DNA from: a virus
Length of the DNA stretch: 64,000 bases
IMG/VR virus record: IMGVR_UViG_3300010938_000012
Coordinates: 1-64,000 of that record
Strand: one strand, 5' to 3'
Shown here piece after piece: positions 28,158 to 37,421 of this stretch (position 1 is its first letter; the number at the start of each line of letters is the position of its first letter). Under the pieces are notes generated by a model, which saw only the letters and a list, made by a program, of their open reading frames with translations, searched no databases and was not told the DNA's origin. A program made the translations under genes and the position numbers.

Positions 28158-30044
28158 TTAAATTTCAACACTTCTTATCAAAATGTCACGTTTTGGGTAG
28201 GGTATCCTGAACATACTTGGGTCGAGGCTTGGGTACAATATGTCTCCCCTTATTGCTGCCTTTATGTCGTACTGGTTTCCCGCATACCCCTCGTTTGTGT
28301 TTACCTTGTTTACAAACTCTATCTTTTGAATGGACTGTACACCATCTATTTTGTCAAGTTCGTTCCTTATGGCAGACAACAGTATCGGCTGGTTTATTTG
28401 CAACCTCTCAGGCTTGAACAGTTCTATCAGTTTTTCGCTGCATTTGAGCAAAACCTCGTTACTGTTTTCGTTTGGCCTGACAATCACATCTACATTTATC
28501 CCAAGGTCAATGAGGAACGGGTCTTTGATGTTAACTGCGTCGGTCATAAGCCTATACTGTCGCAAGTACTGCCTCAAGTTCTCTTTTATTGCTTCGTTTG
28601 CTGGAATTGGGTTTCCAAGGTTGTCGGCGGCAAGGATATATAGATTTAGCGCGAACGGGTTTGGTGTCCTCTCCTCGTTCCATTGTCCGAGTTGAAAGTC
28701 TTGTTCGACGTATGCTTTCGATATTCCGCCATATTTTGCTGGCATGGCAAAGCACCGTAGTATGTAGTCTTCTTTTGTCACGGCGCGGTTCTGTGCGGCA
28801 AAATTGGCCATAGCCTCTTGACGTATGCTGTCAAGCGGTTTCCTGTTCTGGCCGCCAAATGCGGGGTACGGGTTGTTCACAGAAAGAGATCCCCTTATTG
28901 TATTCAAAACCGTGGGGTCTGTGGTATCGATCGGGTCTACAATTTCACTGGACACTATCTCTGTGATTAGGTTAGAACCAACGTTGTCAAGTACGCCGTT
29001 TGCTGTGGCATATTGTACTGTCAATAGCGTGTTTGCTGGCGCGCTTCCGTATGTGCGAGTATATAAGAAGTTCATAGGGTCTATGCTCACATCTGCCACC
29101 CTTTCAAAATAATCAAGACCTAACCCGACGTTCATGGGATTTGGCACGATTTCTTCGTCCGCTTCGCTGCTCAACCCGGAACCGAATTGCAGCTCAAACA
29201 AATCGTCTTTTCTTAGCCTCGTGACAAACCTTCTCTCTGTTTGTTTGTAACACAACATATACGGCACAGAACTTCTGTACTGTGCCAGTTTTGGGTCGTT
29301 GTACGGTGTGTTTCTCACGGAAATTGGTACAAGGTCTTGAGAAAGGTACGGCACTTCGTACCAAATGTTGTTGTCACTGTCCGTAACTTTTATCACCTCG
29401 GTAACATTGTTCTCCGGGATAACTATTTTATCGTAAATCTTAGGGTCTGTAAATTGAAAAGTTCTCGTATTGATTTCCCCACTAACCGCTCTAACTTTTT
29501 TCTTTAGTAGATAATATTCGATAGAGCCGTCCCCGGTAACACTGTACACAGTGATAGTGGTAGGGTCAAAGCTTGAGGAAAACCTAAAGTCTACTGCTTC
29601 TTTTGTGTAGAACGGTATTGCGTCTTTGTCCGAGGTTTGAACCCGCATCCCCTCTTTTACATAAAGGCCGTACCTAAAGTCTGGTCTTGTGTTTGCTCCA
29701 GAGCCTACTGACGGTATCAATTGGAATATGTCGAGGTCAACCGATGCCGGTACAACAGTCTTGGCCTTGTACCCCATGCCCTGTGACAAGTTGTACAAGT
29801 TGATTCGCTCTTCTACATTTGAAAGGAAGGACTCTTGCAGGTTTACGTCTGCAAAAAAGGCGAGCGCGTCTCCTACATAACTCGCCATCTCGATCATCAT
29901 TGTCCCGGGGCTCGCTTCCGAAAAATCATTATATGTATTTGGGAAGTATTGCTTTGCGTGGTTTATCAAAGCTATCCTAAACTCGGCAAAATCTTTGTTG
30001 ACGTAACTAACATTACGTTTGTACCTGCTATTCAACATAGCCAT
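28158..30044 (-). CDS. Baseplate wedge subunit (T4 gp6 / baseplate J-like)
   Basis: KDFAEFR, YNDFSEASPG, ELQFGSG, QNRAVTKEDY. Confidence 0.85.
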   Translation of the reverse strand: MAMLNSRYKRNVSYVNKDFAEFRIALINHAKQYFPNTYNDFSEASPGTMMIEMASYVGDALAFFADVNLQESFLSNVEERINLYNLSQGMGYKAKTVVPASVDLDIFQLIPSVGSGANTRPDFRYGLYVKEGMRVQTSDKDAIPFYTKEAVDFRFSSSFDPTTITVYSVTGDGSIEYYLLKKKVRAVSGEINTRTFQFTDPKIYDKIVIPENNVTEVIKVTDSDNNIWYEVPYLSQDLVPISVRNTPYNDPKLAQYRSSVPYMLCYKQTERRFVTRLRKDDLFELQFGSGLSSEADEEIVPNPMNVGLGLDYFERVADVSIDPMNFLYTRTYGSAPANTLLTVQYATANGVLDNVGSNLITEIVSSEIVDPIDTTDPTVLNTIRGSLSVNNPYPAFGGQNRKPLDSIRQEAMANFAAQNRAVTKEDYILRCFAMPAKYGGISKAYVEQDFQLGQWNEERTPNPFALNLYILAADNLGNPIPANEAIKENLRQYLRQYRLMTDAVNIKDPFLIDLGINVDVIVRPNENSNEVLLKCSEKLIELFKPERLQINQPILLSAIRNELDKIDGVQSIQKIEFVNKVNTNEGYAGNQYDIKAAIRGDILYPSLDPSMFRIPYPKRDILIRSVEI

Positions 30045-30315
30045 CTGTCGTATCCTCCAATTTCCATACTAATTTCCTAATAAATATCGGAATTTTCAAG
30101 TCGAACTCTTTTTCTATTTGTCGCCTGTTCTTTGGATATGGCAGGTACTTGTATTTGTTTTCCTTTACATGTTCAAAAGGGCTTTCGGACTCAAACTCGA
30201 AACTGTGCAATTCTCTGTATTCAATGTTTGGCTTTTTTACAGACGTATGGAAAAACTTTTGTGGCTCGAACCTTTGTTGGGGGGTACCATAAAGCGTAGC
30301 CTTTATTTTTGTCAT
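30028..30315 (-). CDS. Hypothetical protein
   Basis: ATG at 30315 overlaps the gp25-like stop. Confidence 0.5.
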   Translation of the reverse strand: MTKIKATLYGTPQQRFEPQKFFHTSVKKPNIEYRELHSFEFESESPFEHVKENKYKYLPYPKNRRQIEKEFDLKIPIFIRKLVWKLEDTTDGYVE

Positions 30316-30776
30316 GTTATGTCGTAACTTATCCTTCCACCTTTTTGAAAGAGCGTTATTGTTTTGTTTGCTCCGGCTTCTGTAACAGAAAAGGTTATCA
30401 CTATTTGAAGTGCGTTTTCTGGGTCTCCCGCAAGGCCGGGAACATCGGCCTTTGGCCTTACTTCTATGTTGTGGTTTATTATGTGTGGAAGCCAAATACT
30501 CGCCTGTCTGTATATTTCAGATTCAAGTCCCAGCCTCAAAGAATCTACATTTTGCTCAAACAGGTAAAACTGTATCCCTATCCCGAACTCTGGCTGCATA
30601 TACCTCTCCCCCTTCTTTGTTAAGAGGAGGTTTATATAATTTGAAACAGCCTGTTCCTCGGTTGTTTTTGACATAGCAAAAAAGCCGTCAGATGCACGGT
30701 CTGGTCGGCCATTCATAGGTAGCAAAATCCCAAGAGTGTTGTTTAAATCATCCTCTGGGTAATACTTCACAGGCAT
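30312..30776 (-). CDS. Baseplate protein, gp25/GPW-like
   Basis: NLLLTKKGERYMQPEFGIGI..YLFE. Confidence 0.85.
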   Translation of the reverse strand: MPVKYYPEDDLNNTLGILLPMNGRPDRASDGFFAMSKTTEEQAVSNYINLLLTKKGERYMQPEFGIGIQFYLFEQNVDSLRLGLESEIYRQASIWLPHIINHNIEVRPKADVPGLAGDPENALQIVITFSVTEAGANKTITLFQKGGRISYDIT

Positions 30777-31375
30777 TATTGAACCTCATTTAACCAAGTC
30801 ATGTCTTCCTCTTCACCGGAGAAAGGCTCTACTGCTGGGAAACCTGTCATTGATTTTGAGGGTTGATTTTGTGTCGGCATATGATCATCACGCTCCATCA
30901 TGGCGACTACACTTTCTCTAAACTGACTTCTTGTGTTCGTTGTTGGGGCTTTTCTCTTGTTTTGTGCGAACATACCAGAGTAGTCTCTGTTCATCGCTTC
31001 GATAACGTGATCCACATTTGCGTTACTGAAAATTATCCTCCCATTTGCGTCAACTGGTAGGTTGATGTTATCCAACAGCCCAGCCTGTTCTGCTCCTCTC
31101 TCAGCCTCTTCTATGGATACGGTTTCTTGTAGTATAGAGTTTAGTAATGGGTCTCTACTCAACCTTCTGTTCTGGGCTTGATTTGTTGGCTTGAAACTAT
31201 TCCTAAAATTCTTATGCACCTCAGTTAACCTATCGGTGGGCTGAGGTGCAACTTGTTTTCTAACTGGTTGTGGTGAGTAACCTTCTTGGAGCAGCTGTTT
31301 CTTGAATGCTCCAAGTTCTTTGCGGACTACTTTTGTGATTATCTCCACGAGTATCGTGGCTTCTTTTTGGGTCAT
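30776..31375 (-). CDS. Hypothetical protein
   Basis: SD present; DPLLNSILQET and MNRDYS motifs. Confidence 0.7.
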   Translation of the reverse strand: MTQKEATILVEIITKVVRKELGAFKKQLLQEGYSPQPVRKQVAPQPTDRLTEVHKNFRNSFKPTNQAQNRRLSRDPLLNSILQETVSIEEAERGAEQAGLLDNINLPVDANGRIIFSNANVDHVIEAMNRDYSGMFAQNKRKAPTTNTRSQFRESVVAMMERDDHMPTQNQPSKSMTGFPAVEPFSGEEEDMTWLNEVQ

Positions 31376-31387
31376 TTTCCATTCTCC

Positions 31388-31567
31388 TTATTTCATTACA
31401 ACAGAGCCTTCTATGGCTTTTATGTCTGCGGGAGAGATTCCGAACTGTGTCAACAAACCGCGATACACCTGTGCTGTCTTAAGACAGTACTTGTCTTTAT
31501 CTTCGGCATAGGCCATTTTCTTATGTCTTTCTTTAGCCTTTTTCAAGGCTTCTGTCAGTTTGCTCAT
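31388..31567 (-). CDS. 59-aa hypothetical protein (below the ORF-track cutoff)
   Basis: MSKLTEALKKAKER...; ATGA-coupled to the upstream gene. Confidence 0.55.
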   Translation of the reverse strand: MSKLTEALKKAKERHKKMAYAEDKDKYCLKTAQVYRGLLTQFGISPADIKAIEGSVVMK

Positions 31568-32589
31568 GGCATCTTAAATTTTTGGAAGTCTGCTTGTTGT
31601 AGTTGCGTGTACTGCGCTACCGAGGTGGCGGTCGCAGTTGGCCCTGCTGCTGTGCTGTATTGAGAGCTTCCCTGTGCCAGTTTAACATCTTCTCCGAGCC
31701 ATTTCTTTAACCATTCCATCAATTCGTCGAGGTCAACCTTATATTTGTCGCTTTGCAGCAAAACCTTCTTCCCCGTTAATATTGCTTTGTTTTTTCCGAT
31801 TAAAAATAGGGTGTCGTCGTATGCGTTTACAACTACTCTCTTTGAGTTCACGACAATCTGGGCTATTGACTTTTGTCCAAGTTGTTTTACGTCCGTGTTT
31901 TTATCAAAACCTCCCTTCAACTTTGATAGACTTTGAAGAGATGTCATATAAATACTCGACTCGTCCTTCCCGATATCCTCTATGGCGTACTTCTTTCCGT
32001 CTCCTGACGGTTTGGCTACTCGAAGTATAAGTATCGGGTCGCCATTACCTGAGCCTTTCCAAGTGGGCTTCTTGTCGTAAGAACTTTCCCCACCTTGTAA
32101 GGTAGTTCCAAACCTTATTGATTGGCCCCCTCTCCCTTCCCACAAATCGTCTCCCTCGAACGGCTGCAATCGGTCAATCGGTTTTGGGTTCTTTAGCCAA
32201 GAATATACGGGGTCTTCTTTGTCGCTTTTTCTCTCTGCTCCGCCAAGTGAAATAGACGCTTTTCTTTTCCATATTCGAGGAAATTGATGAGAAGCAAGGT
32301 CGTCAACAGTGTTAAGCGGACTAAAATATAGAAAACCGGCGTTTTTAACCTTACTCGTGCTAAAATCGTTTGTAGGGGCTGGTATAACCCACACAATGTC
32401 TCCGATATGGGGGACGCGCCTCTGAAAAACGGCAGGCCTTGCAAAAACAGTCCTAACTTGTCCTAAATTATTTTCGTGCGAGCCTATGCGCAACTGTATA
32501 GAGCCTATCGGAAGAAGGTCTCCCGTGTCCGGGTCTTTTTGTCCTGTTTTAAAAGAAAATTTCGTCTCTACAACCTCTGCTACAAACAT
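31564..32589 (-). CDS. Baseplate hub/central spike-like protein (gp5/Vgr-like)
   Basis: OB-fold-like N-terminus with P..GD.V, FEGDDLWEGRGGQSIRFG, beta-rich C-terminus; next to gp25. Confidence 0.55.
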   Translation of the reverse strand: MFVAEVVETKFSFKTGQKDPDTGDLLPIGSIQLRIGSHENNLGQVRTVFARPAVFQRRVPHIGDIVWVIPAPTNDFSTSKVKNAGFLYFSPLNTVDDLASHQFPRIWKRKASISLGGAERKSDKEDPVYSWLKNPKPIDRLQPFEGDDLWEGRGGQSIRFGTTLQGGESSYDKKPTWKGSGNGDPILILRVAKPSGDGKKYAIEDIGKDESSIYMTSLQSLSKLKGGFDKNTDVKQLGQKSIAQIVVNSKRVVVNAYDDTLFLIGKNKAILTGKKVLLQSDKYKVDLDELMEWLKKWLGEDVKLAQGSSQYSTAAGPTATATSVAQYTQLQQADFQKFKMP

Positions 32590-32667
32590 AAAAAACCTCC
32601 TACATATTTCCAGTTTAAAAACTTTGGACTAATATTTAAAATTCTTTCAGAAACTAACTTCATCGTA

Positions 32668-32751
32668 TTATTTAAACACGCGGATGCCATAGTAATACTT
32701 GCCGTTTACAAGATTAGTTGTCTTGTAGAATCGGTTGTGTTTCTTTTCCAT
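32668..32751 (-). pseudogene. GIY-YIG endonuclease 5' relic
   Basis: MEKKHNRFYKTTNLVNGKYYYGI; closely similar to the 10337 relic. Confidence 0.7.
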
Positions 32752-32752
32752 G

Positions 32753-33151
32753 TCATTCATCTGACACAGGGCTGCCGTGAACCTCTCTCGCTTGTCGGGC
32801 CTGTTCCATGAGCATCTTTCTTTCATCTACTGAAATTAAACTATCATCGAGGCCGGAATCTTTAGCCTTTGCGTTTTTAATTCTTTGTACGATAGCGGCC
32901 ATCTTCACCAACATGTCGTCATTAGCAATAGCGGCCTTATGCATATCAACCAATATGGGCATCATAACTACCATGTCATTAAGTGTCTTTGTTAAAGACA
33001 TTATCCTCTCCGCTGTGGCAGCTATGTTATGGTTCTTCTCTTCCGCATTTACATAAATCTTCTTTAAGAGGTCTTCAAACCCCACTTCCTGCCCGTCATC
33101 CAGCGTAAACAAGGGAGTCGAACTGTTCTGCGATTTCTTCGTGTATTTCAT
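32753..33151 (-). CDS. Hypothetical helical protein
   Basis: FEDLLKKIY..NDDMLVKMAAIVQR; start uncertain. Confidence 0.6.
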   Translation of the reverse strand: MKYTKKSQNSSTPLFTLDDGQEVGFEDLLKKIYVNAEEKNHNIAATAERIMSLTKTLNDMVVMMPILVDMHKAAIANDDMLVKMAAIVQRIKNAKAKDSGLDDSLISVDERKMLMEQARQAREVHGSPVSDE

Positions 33152-33857
33152 CTGCTTCTGTCTCCTCATGGAAATGCAACAGAAAATTGTTCCAGTTGTA
33201 TGTACCTGTTTTTTGATATTCGGCAAACATCGCCCGTTGCAAAGGCTTCATGATCTTTATTACATCGGTTATGTGCTGTGTCTTTACGTCAACTTGCTCT
33301 CTGACCATGATGTACAATGCCTTCTTGTTGTAAATATCAAGTCTTTTCACATTTTTGAAGAGGTTGAAAATAGCCTCTCCTACCTGCTTTTCCCGATTTG
33401 ACAAAAACAAGTGGTCTAAGTGGGCGATACCCCACCCGGACCACTTGATACAGAAATCCTCCAGATCCTCAACATGGCTCTCATTTGAGAGTTCAGTCAA
33501 AACGTTCCTGCGGAGGTCTATTTCTTCGATATCTCCGTGAAACTGTCGTTCTTCTTTAATCTTTTTCATTTCAGCCCAAACCCAGTTAATAGAGATTCGG
33601 TTGAAATAGGAAAAAGCACTTCCTTTGCTGCGGTTATACTTTTCTAACCTTGAGTGAAGGTGTATGACGCACTCGTGCTTCTTGTCTTCATAAGAATTAT
33701 ACCCGTATTCTTGAAACTTCTTGGCGTAGATTTGATTCTCTGCCAATTTATTCAGTGCCGGGTATATTGTCTTAGTGAATATCCTTTCTTTGTGTTTCGG
33801 ATTATCGGATGTATTATATTCGACTATCGCCTCTTCCACTAGCTTGCCGAAATACAT
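33096..33857 (-). CDS. Putative phage sigma factor (gp55-like late sigma)
   Basis: YF..EEAIVEYN, KLAEN, KYNRSKGSAFSYF resemble sigma region 2. Confidence 0.6.
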   Translation of the reverse strand: MYFGKLVEEAIVEYNTSDNPKHKERIFTKTIYPALNKLAENQIYAKKFQEYGYNSYEDKKHECVIHLHSRLEKYNRSKGSAFSYFNRISINWVWAEMKKIKEERQFHGDIEEIDLRRNVLTELSNESHVEDLEDFCIKWSGWGIAHLDHLFLSNREKQVGEAIFNLFKNVKRLDIYNKKALYIMVREQVDVKTQHITDVIKIMKPLQRAMFAEYQKTGTYNWNNFLLHFHEETEADEIHEEIAEQFDSLVYAG

Positions 33858-33864
33858 CTCTTCG

Positions 33865-34212
33865 TTATTTTTCAGTTTTTACCTCCTGTTCGATTTCAAC
33901 CGAACCAAGCCTTTCCTTTAAGGAAGCAATTGCGGCTAATATTACTCTGAAAGCGAAACCAACTTCGTCATCAGAGCTAAAACTTCCGCGCTTGTCAACT
34001 CTTTGGAGCTCTTGGTAGGTTTGCGTTAACAATTCGAGAAAGTATTTGTGGTACTTTATCGCTTCATCTTCTACTGACTCTATCTTGTTTGAGTAAATCT
34101 CTAAATTTTCATTCAGAGTGTCGTTTTGTTTGAGCAGGTTTCTTATCGCAACCCCCATAACAATAACTAAGATTGTCAGAACGGACACGATTGCTGCCAG
34201 TAACGTTACCAT
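33865..34212 (-). CDS. Membrane-anchored coiled-coil protein
   Basis: N-terminal TM segment; SD AGGAGG. Confidence 0.7.
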   Translation of the reverse strand: MVTLLAAIVSVLTILVIVMGVAIRNLLKQNDTLNENLEIYSNKIESVEDEAIKYHKYFLELLTQTYQELQRVDKRGSFSSDDEVGFAFRVILAAIASLKERLGSVEIEQEVKTEK

Positions 34213-34221
34213 TAAACCTCC

Positions 34222-35001
34222 TTATTCCATTTCTTTGAAGACCTTTGCAAACAGGTCGAGATGTTGTTTGTTTGCTGTTGCGACCGGTGCGGCGACCGTT
34301 TTGTGTCGTGGATCAGCAGAACCGTTATACAAGTCAAACTTACCTGTTGCTATAGCCCACTTTTCAAACTCACAGCGCGCTGCCATCAAATCGGCGTGGT
34401 GTAGTATCATTCCGATAGTGTTCCTCAACTTCTTTTCGAGTTCGTATGAAATAAGATAAGTTTTGTTGTTCTCATTGTACAGCCCATCAGTCAACTGAAT
34501 AGCAATTTGTTCATTTTCGGAGTACGGAATCCTATAATGGTTAAGCAAATATAATGTCCTGTCTGTGGTCTCCATGTGTACAAGGTTAGGGTTTATTTGG
34601 TAAACCTTGCCTTGGTTCTTTCTGTGCCACTCGCTGTTGTTCTTTTGGTACAACTCCCTGTTGTCTCCCGGCATACCTAACTTTCCGAGGTCGTGGTGTA
34701 TTGCGGCGAACGAGAGTTCTTCAAGTGTGAAGTTGTCGACCACCATGCCAGAAGACTTCCATAATTCGTAGTGAGCAAGTGCGTTTTTATAAACCCTCAA
34801 AACGTGGTCTATGTATCCGCCGGGAATTGCATTGTGGAAGTAATCGATTGTAGATGCGGGGGCCATAACAATCCTTGGCTCAAGTTCATCGTACATCCTG
34901 TTCATTTCTACTTTGCGGCTGGGCGATATTTCGTTTACAATATCTCTGAAAGTTTCCCAGTTGCGTTTGATCTGTTGTGCGGTAAGCAAATAATCTGCCA
35001 T
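34222..35001 (-). CDS. HD-domain phosphohydrolase
   Basis: HNAIPGGYIDHV, HHDLGK, LHHAD. Confidence 0.85.
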   Translation of the reverse strand: MADYLLTAQQIKRNWETFRDIVNEISPSRKVEMNRMYDELEPRIVMAPASTIDYFHNAIPGGYIDHVLRVYKNALAHYELWKSSGMVVDNFTLEELSFAAIHHDLGKLGMPGDNRELYQKNNSEWHRKNQGKVYQINPNLVHMETTDRTLYLLNHYRIPYSENEQIAIQLTDGLYNENNKTYLISYELEKKLRNTIGMILHHADLMAARCEFEKWAIATGKFDLYNGSADPRHKTVAAPVATANKQHLDLFAKVFKEME

Positions 35002-35079
35002 TATAATGTAATGTTGTGGTTTAGTTCAATTTTGTTTCTTTTGAAAGGGTTTTGTTCGTTCTTTTTTGGTGCTGTCATT

Positions 35080-35613
35080 TTATAATTGTTCTATTTTTAT
35101 CCCAAGTTTTTCAAGTTCTGCGAGCGGTAGAAGGTTTCCTTCGTTCAGTTTCCAATAATCGTCAACAAACCTTTGCATAAACCTTTTATAAGAGTCTGGT
35201 TTTTCAAGTAGGTTATTCAAAGTGTCGTGAAGTTTTGTTTTTGAATACTGTACTTGGCAGGACTTATTTACGTAAACCATGTTCTGAATGAACAAGTGGA
35301 TGAAGTCAAAGTGAATTATGCCCCTAAAAACTATCGTAGTTCGTTGTGTGAGGTCTTTTATGTAGTCGGCGAGCAAACCCGCGTCTTTTGACGGGACGTT
35401 GCCACAGACCAAATATAGCGTAAATTCAAAGTCATCAGGTTTGTCCTTCAAAAACTCTCGAACCCTTGAGGTCATAGAGTATAAAGTCTCTGGCTCTGAC
35501 AGGTTCAACTCAAGTACATTTCCGTATTCTTCTTGGTCTGGATTTATGTATTTGGTTGAAGTACCTGTTGTTGTGCGCCTGTCCTCCTCTTCGTATAAGT
35601 TAAACGGCTTCAT
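35080..35613 (-). CDS. Hypothetical protein, possibly a degenerate ClpP fold
   Basis: Pattern-level resemblance only (FTLYL..G, LADYIK, LPLAELEKLGI). Confidence 0.4.
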   Translation of the reverse strand: MKPFNLYEEEDRRTTTGTSTKYINPDQEEYGNVLELNLSEPETLYSMTSRVREFLKDKPDDFEFTLYLVCGNVPSKDAGLLADYIKDLTQRTTIVFRGIIHFDFIHLFIQNMVYVNKSCQVQYSKTKLHDTLNNLLEKPDSYKRFMQRFVDDYWKLNEGNLLPLAELEKLGIKIEQL

Positions 35614-35674
35614 AGATTATCCCTTTCCCATGCTCTTATTTCTTGATGGGACATTATTTTCCTTTGAGAATCGG

Positions 35675-36835
35675 TTAGTCTTTTTTTTTACTGAGGCTGT
35701 CTGACAGATGTGCTGCTAAATCTTCTGGGAGGCCCATTTCGACCACTTTTCTTTTCCTTGGCTTCTTAGGGTTTTCTGGTTTTTGCTCTTCGATAGGCGC
35801 AACTTCGACAGGTGTTTCGATAGTGGCGAAGTTATCACCGGGTTCGAGCCCTTCTATTTGAATGTCGAAGGTTTTTGGATAGCCCATTTCTGTGTCATCC
35901 GGTACTTTCTTCTCTCGCTTTCTCTTCTGCTTTCGTACCTTTGCGAACTCTTCTGCTCCATTAGCCTCATTAACTGATATAGGCTCTGTTTGAACTATTG
36001 GTTCTTGTGTATCCTCTGGTCTTACACCATCCTTCCTGCCAAATGCGAACAATGCAGCAAGTATTAAGGCAACAGCAAGCGGTTGAAATACTACCATAAT
36101 CAAGAGTAAAAACACATTGACCACGACATCCATCCCATACCCAGTTAAATTGGAGACGTATTTCAAAGCACCAAGTTCAACCGCTACATCATTGTTAGCC
36201 TGAACTTCTATTATTTTTATCTCGTATGTCGAAACGGAATCATTAAGCCTGTCTATCTTTTCAGACAGTTCATCGCTTTTTAAAGTCGAAACATCAAGTT
36301 GCGCCTTTACGCCTTTCTTTGGAGTAGAATGGATCTGGGTGAGAACGTTTCCGTTTCTATCAACTGTCTGATATTGGTTGTCAGTTGACAATGATTTTCT
36401 CAATGCAGAGATGGAAGTATTAATTTCGTCCCTTTCCTTCTTTAAATCTAAAACTTGTAACTCAAACCTCTCTTTCTTCTTCTTGAGAAGGTCTGATTTG
36501 GCTTGAACAACCTTGTCTTTGTTGTTGGTCATTTGGTAACCGTCAGACAAAAAGCCATAAATACCAATGGAAGTGATGATAGAAAGTATAACAACTGCAG
36601 AGCACAGGTAGTTTCTGAGCGATTTTGGCAAATCGTCCCAATAAAGTTTAAGAGACGACGCAGTGACGATGTTACCAAATTCCAATGCAAATGCCATAAC
36701 GATAGCGCCGATGTGGTGCCCTGCAAAGATTTTACCGATTCCGTAAATTGAATAGTAAGAGCCCGTAACAGACACAAGTATGGCTGAAAACGCAATGACG
36801 TATGGAAAAACCTTGCGGAGTTGGTTCATGGGCAT
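35675..36835 (-). CDS. Multi-pass membrane protein with a long coiled coil
   Basis: Three N-terminal TMs, TSIGIYGFLS, coiled coil, VFQPLAVAL TM, charged tail. Confidence 0.75.
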   Translation of the reverse strand: MPMNQLRKVFPYVIAFSAILVSVTGSYYSIYGIGKIFAGHHIGAIVMAFALEFGNIVTASSLKLYWDDLPKSLRNYLCSAVVILSIITSIGIYGFLSDGYQMTNNKDKVVQAKSDLLKKKKERFELQVLDLKKERDEINTSISALRKSLSTDNQYQTVDRNGNVLTQIHSTPKKGVKAQLDVSTLKSDELSEKIDRLNDSVSTYEIKIIEVQANNDVAVELGALKYVSNLTGYGMDVVVNVFLLLIMVVFQPLAVALILAALFAFGRKDGVRPEDTQEPIVQTEPISVNEANGAEEFAKVRKQKRKREKKVPDDTEMGYPKTFDIQIEGLEPGDNFATIETPVEVAPIEEQKPENPKKPRKRKVVEMGLPEDLAAHLSDSLSKKKD

Positions 36836-36993
36836 AGAATGGGGAATATTAACAATACTATATTAAACTTAATATTGTTAATTGTAGTTACAAAACACAT
36901 TTTCGAGCAGTAGCCTGCTCTCAATGGAGCGAAATTAAAAATTTCGCTCGTACCTTGGTTCTTGTTATTTTTTTATAAAATTAATAATAAGCG

Positions 36994-37024
36994 CAAAGTT
37001 ACAAGAAATTTTTGACATCTGCAA
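36994..37024 (-). promoter_or_regulatory. Bacteroidota-type promoter
   Basis: TTG-N20-TAACTTTG. Confidence 0.7.
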
Positions 37025-37098
37025 GCTTTTGTCAAGTAAATACGAGTTAACGATGTGTTAAAGATTGTAAGTGTGGTGTTTTTTGGCCATATTAAAGC

Positions 37099-37150
37099 AA
37101 AAAAGCCGCTTATGCGCGGTTGCACAAGCGGCTTGGTTTGTTTTTTGTTT
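37099..37150. terminator. Probable intrinsic terminator (possibly bidirectional)
   Basis: AAGCCGCTT..AAGCGGCTT stem flanked by A and T runs. Confidence 0.55.
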
Positions 37151-37155
37151 TTGGT

Positions 37156-37410
37156 TTAAAGCCCGAATCGGTACTTTTGGTAGAATATCACCTTTGCGTT
37201 TTGGCAGGTTTCGATGATCCTATCCAACTCTGCCAACGTGCATTCAAACTCCTTTCCTCCGATTAGGAGTTTTCCTGCCCTTGTATCCATCCTCTTTGCT
37301 TCGAGGACTGCTTGGGAGATTGAGTTTACTTCAAAATCTATTGACCCAAAATAGTTTCCAAATTTCTTTACTTTGTTTTGGTCAATCGCGTGCCGATTAT
37401 TAACGCTCAT
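37156..37410 (-). CDS. Hypothetical protein
   Basis: ORF in operon. Confidence 0.65.
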   Translation of the reverse strand: MSVNNRHAIDQNKVKKFGNYFGSIDFEVNSISQAVLEAKRMDTRAGKLLIGGKEFECTLAELDRIIETCQNAKVIFYQKYRFGL

Positions 37411-37421
37411 ATAAGATTAGT

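Noticed and set aside
30316-30495. 5' extensions of ORF-track calls (30495; likewise 27791, 33226, 43251, 52050, 56196)
   Set aside because: They overlap upstream genes or promoters; downstream ATGs fit better.
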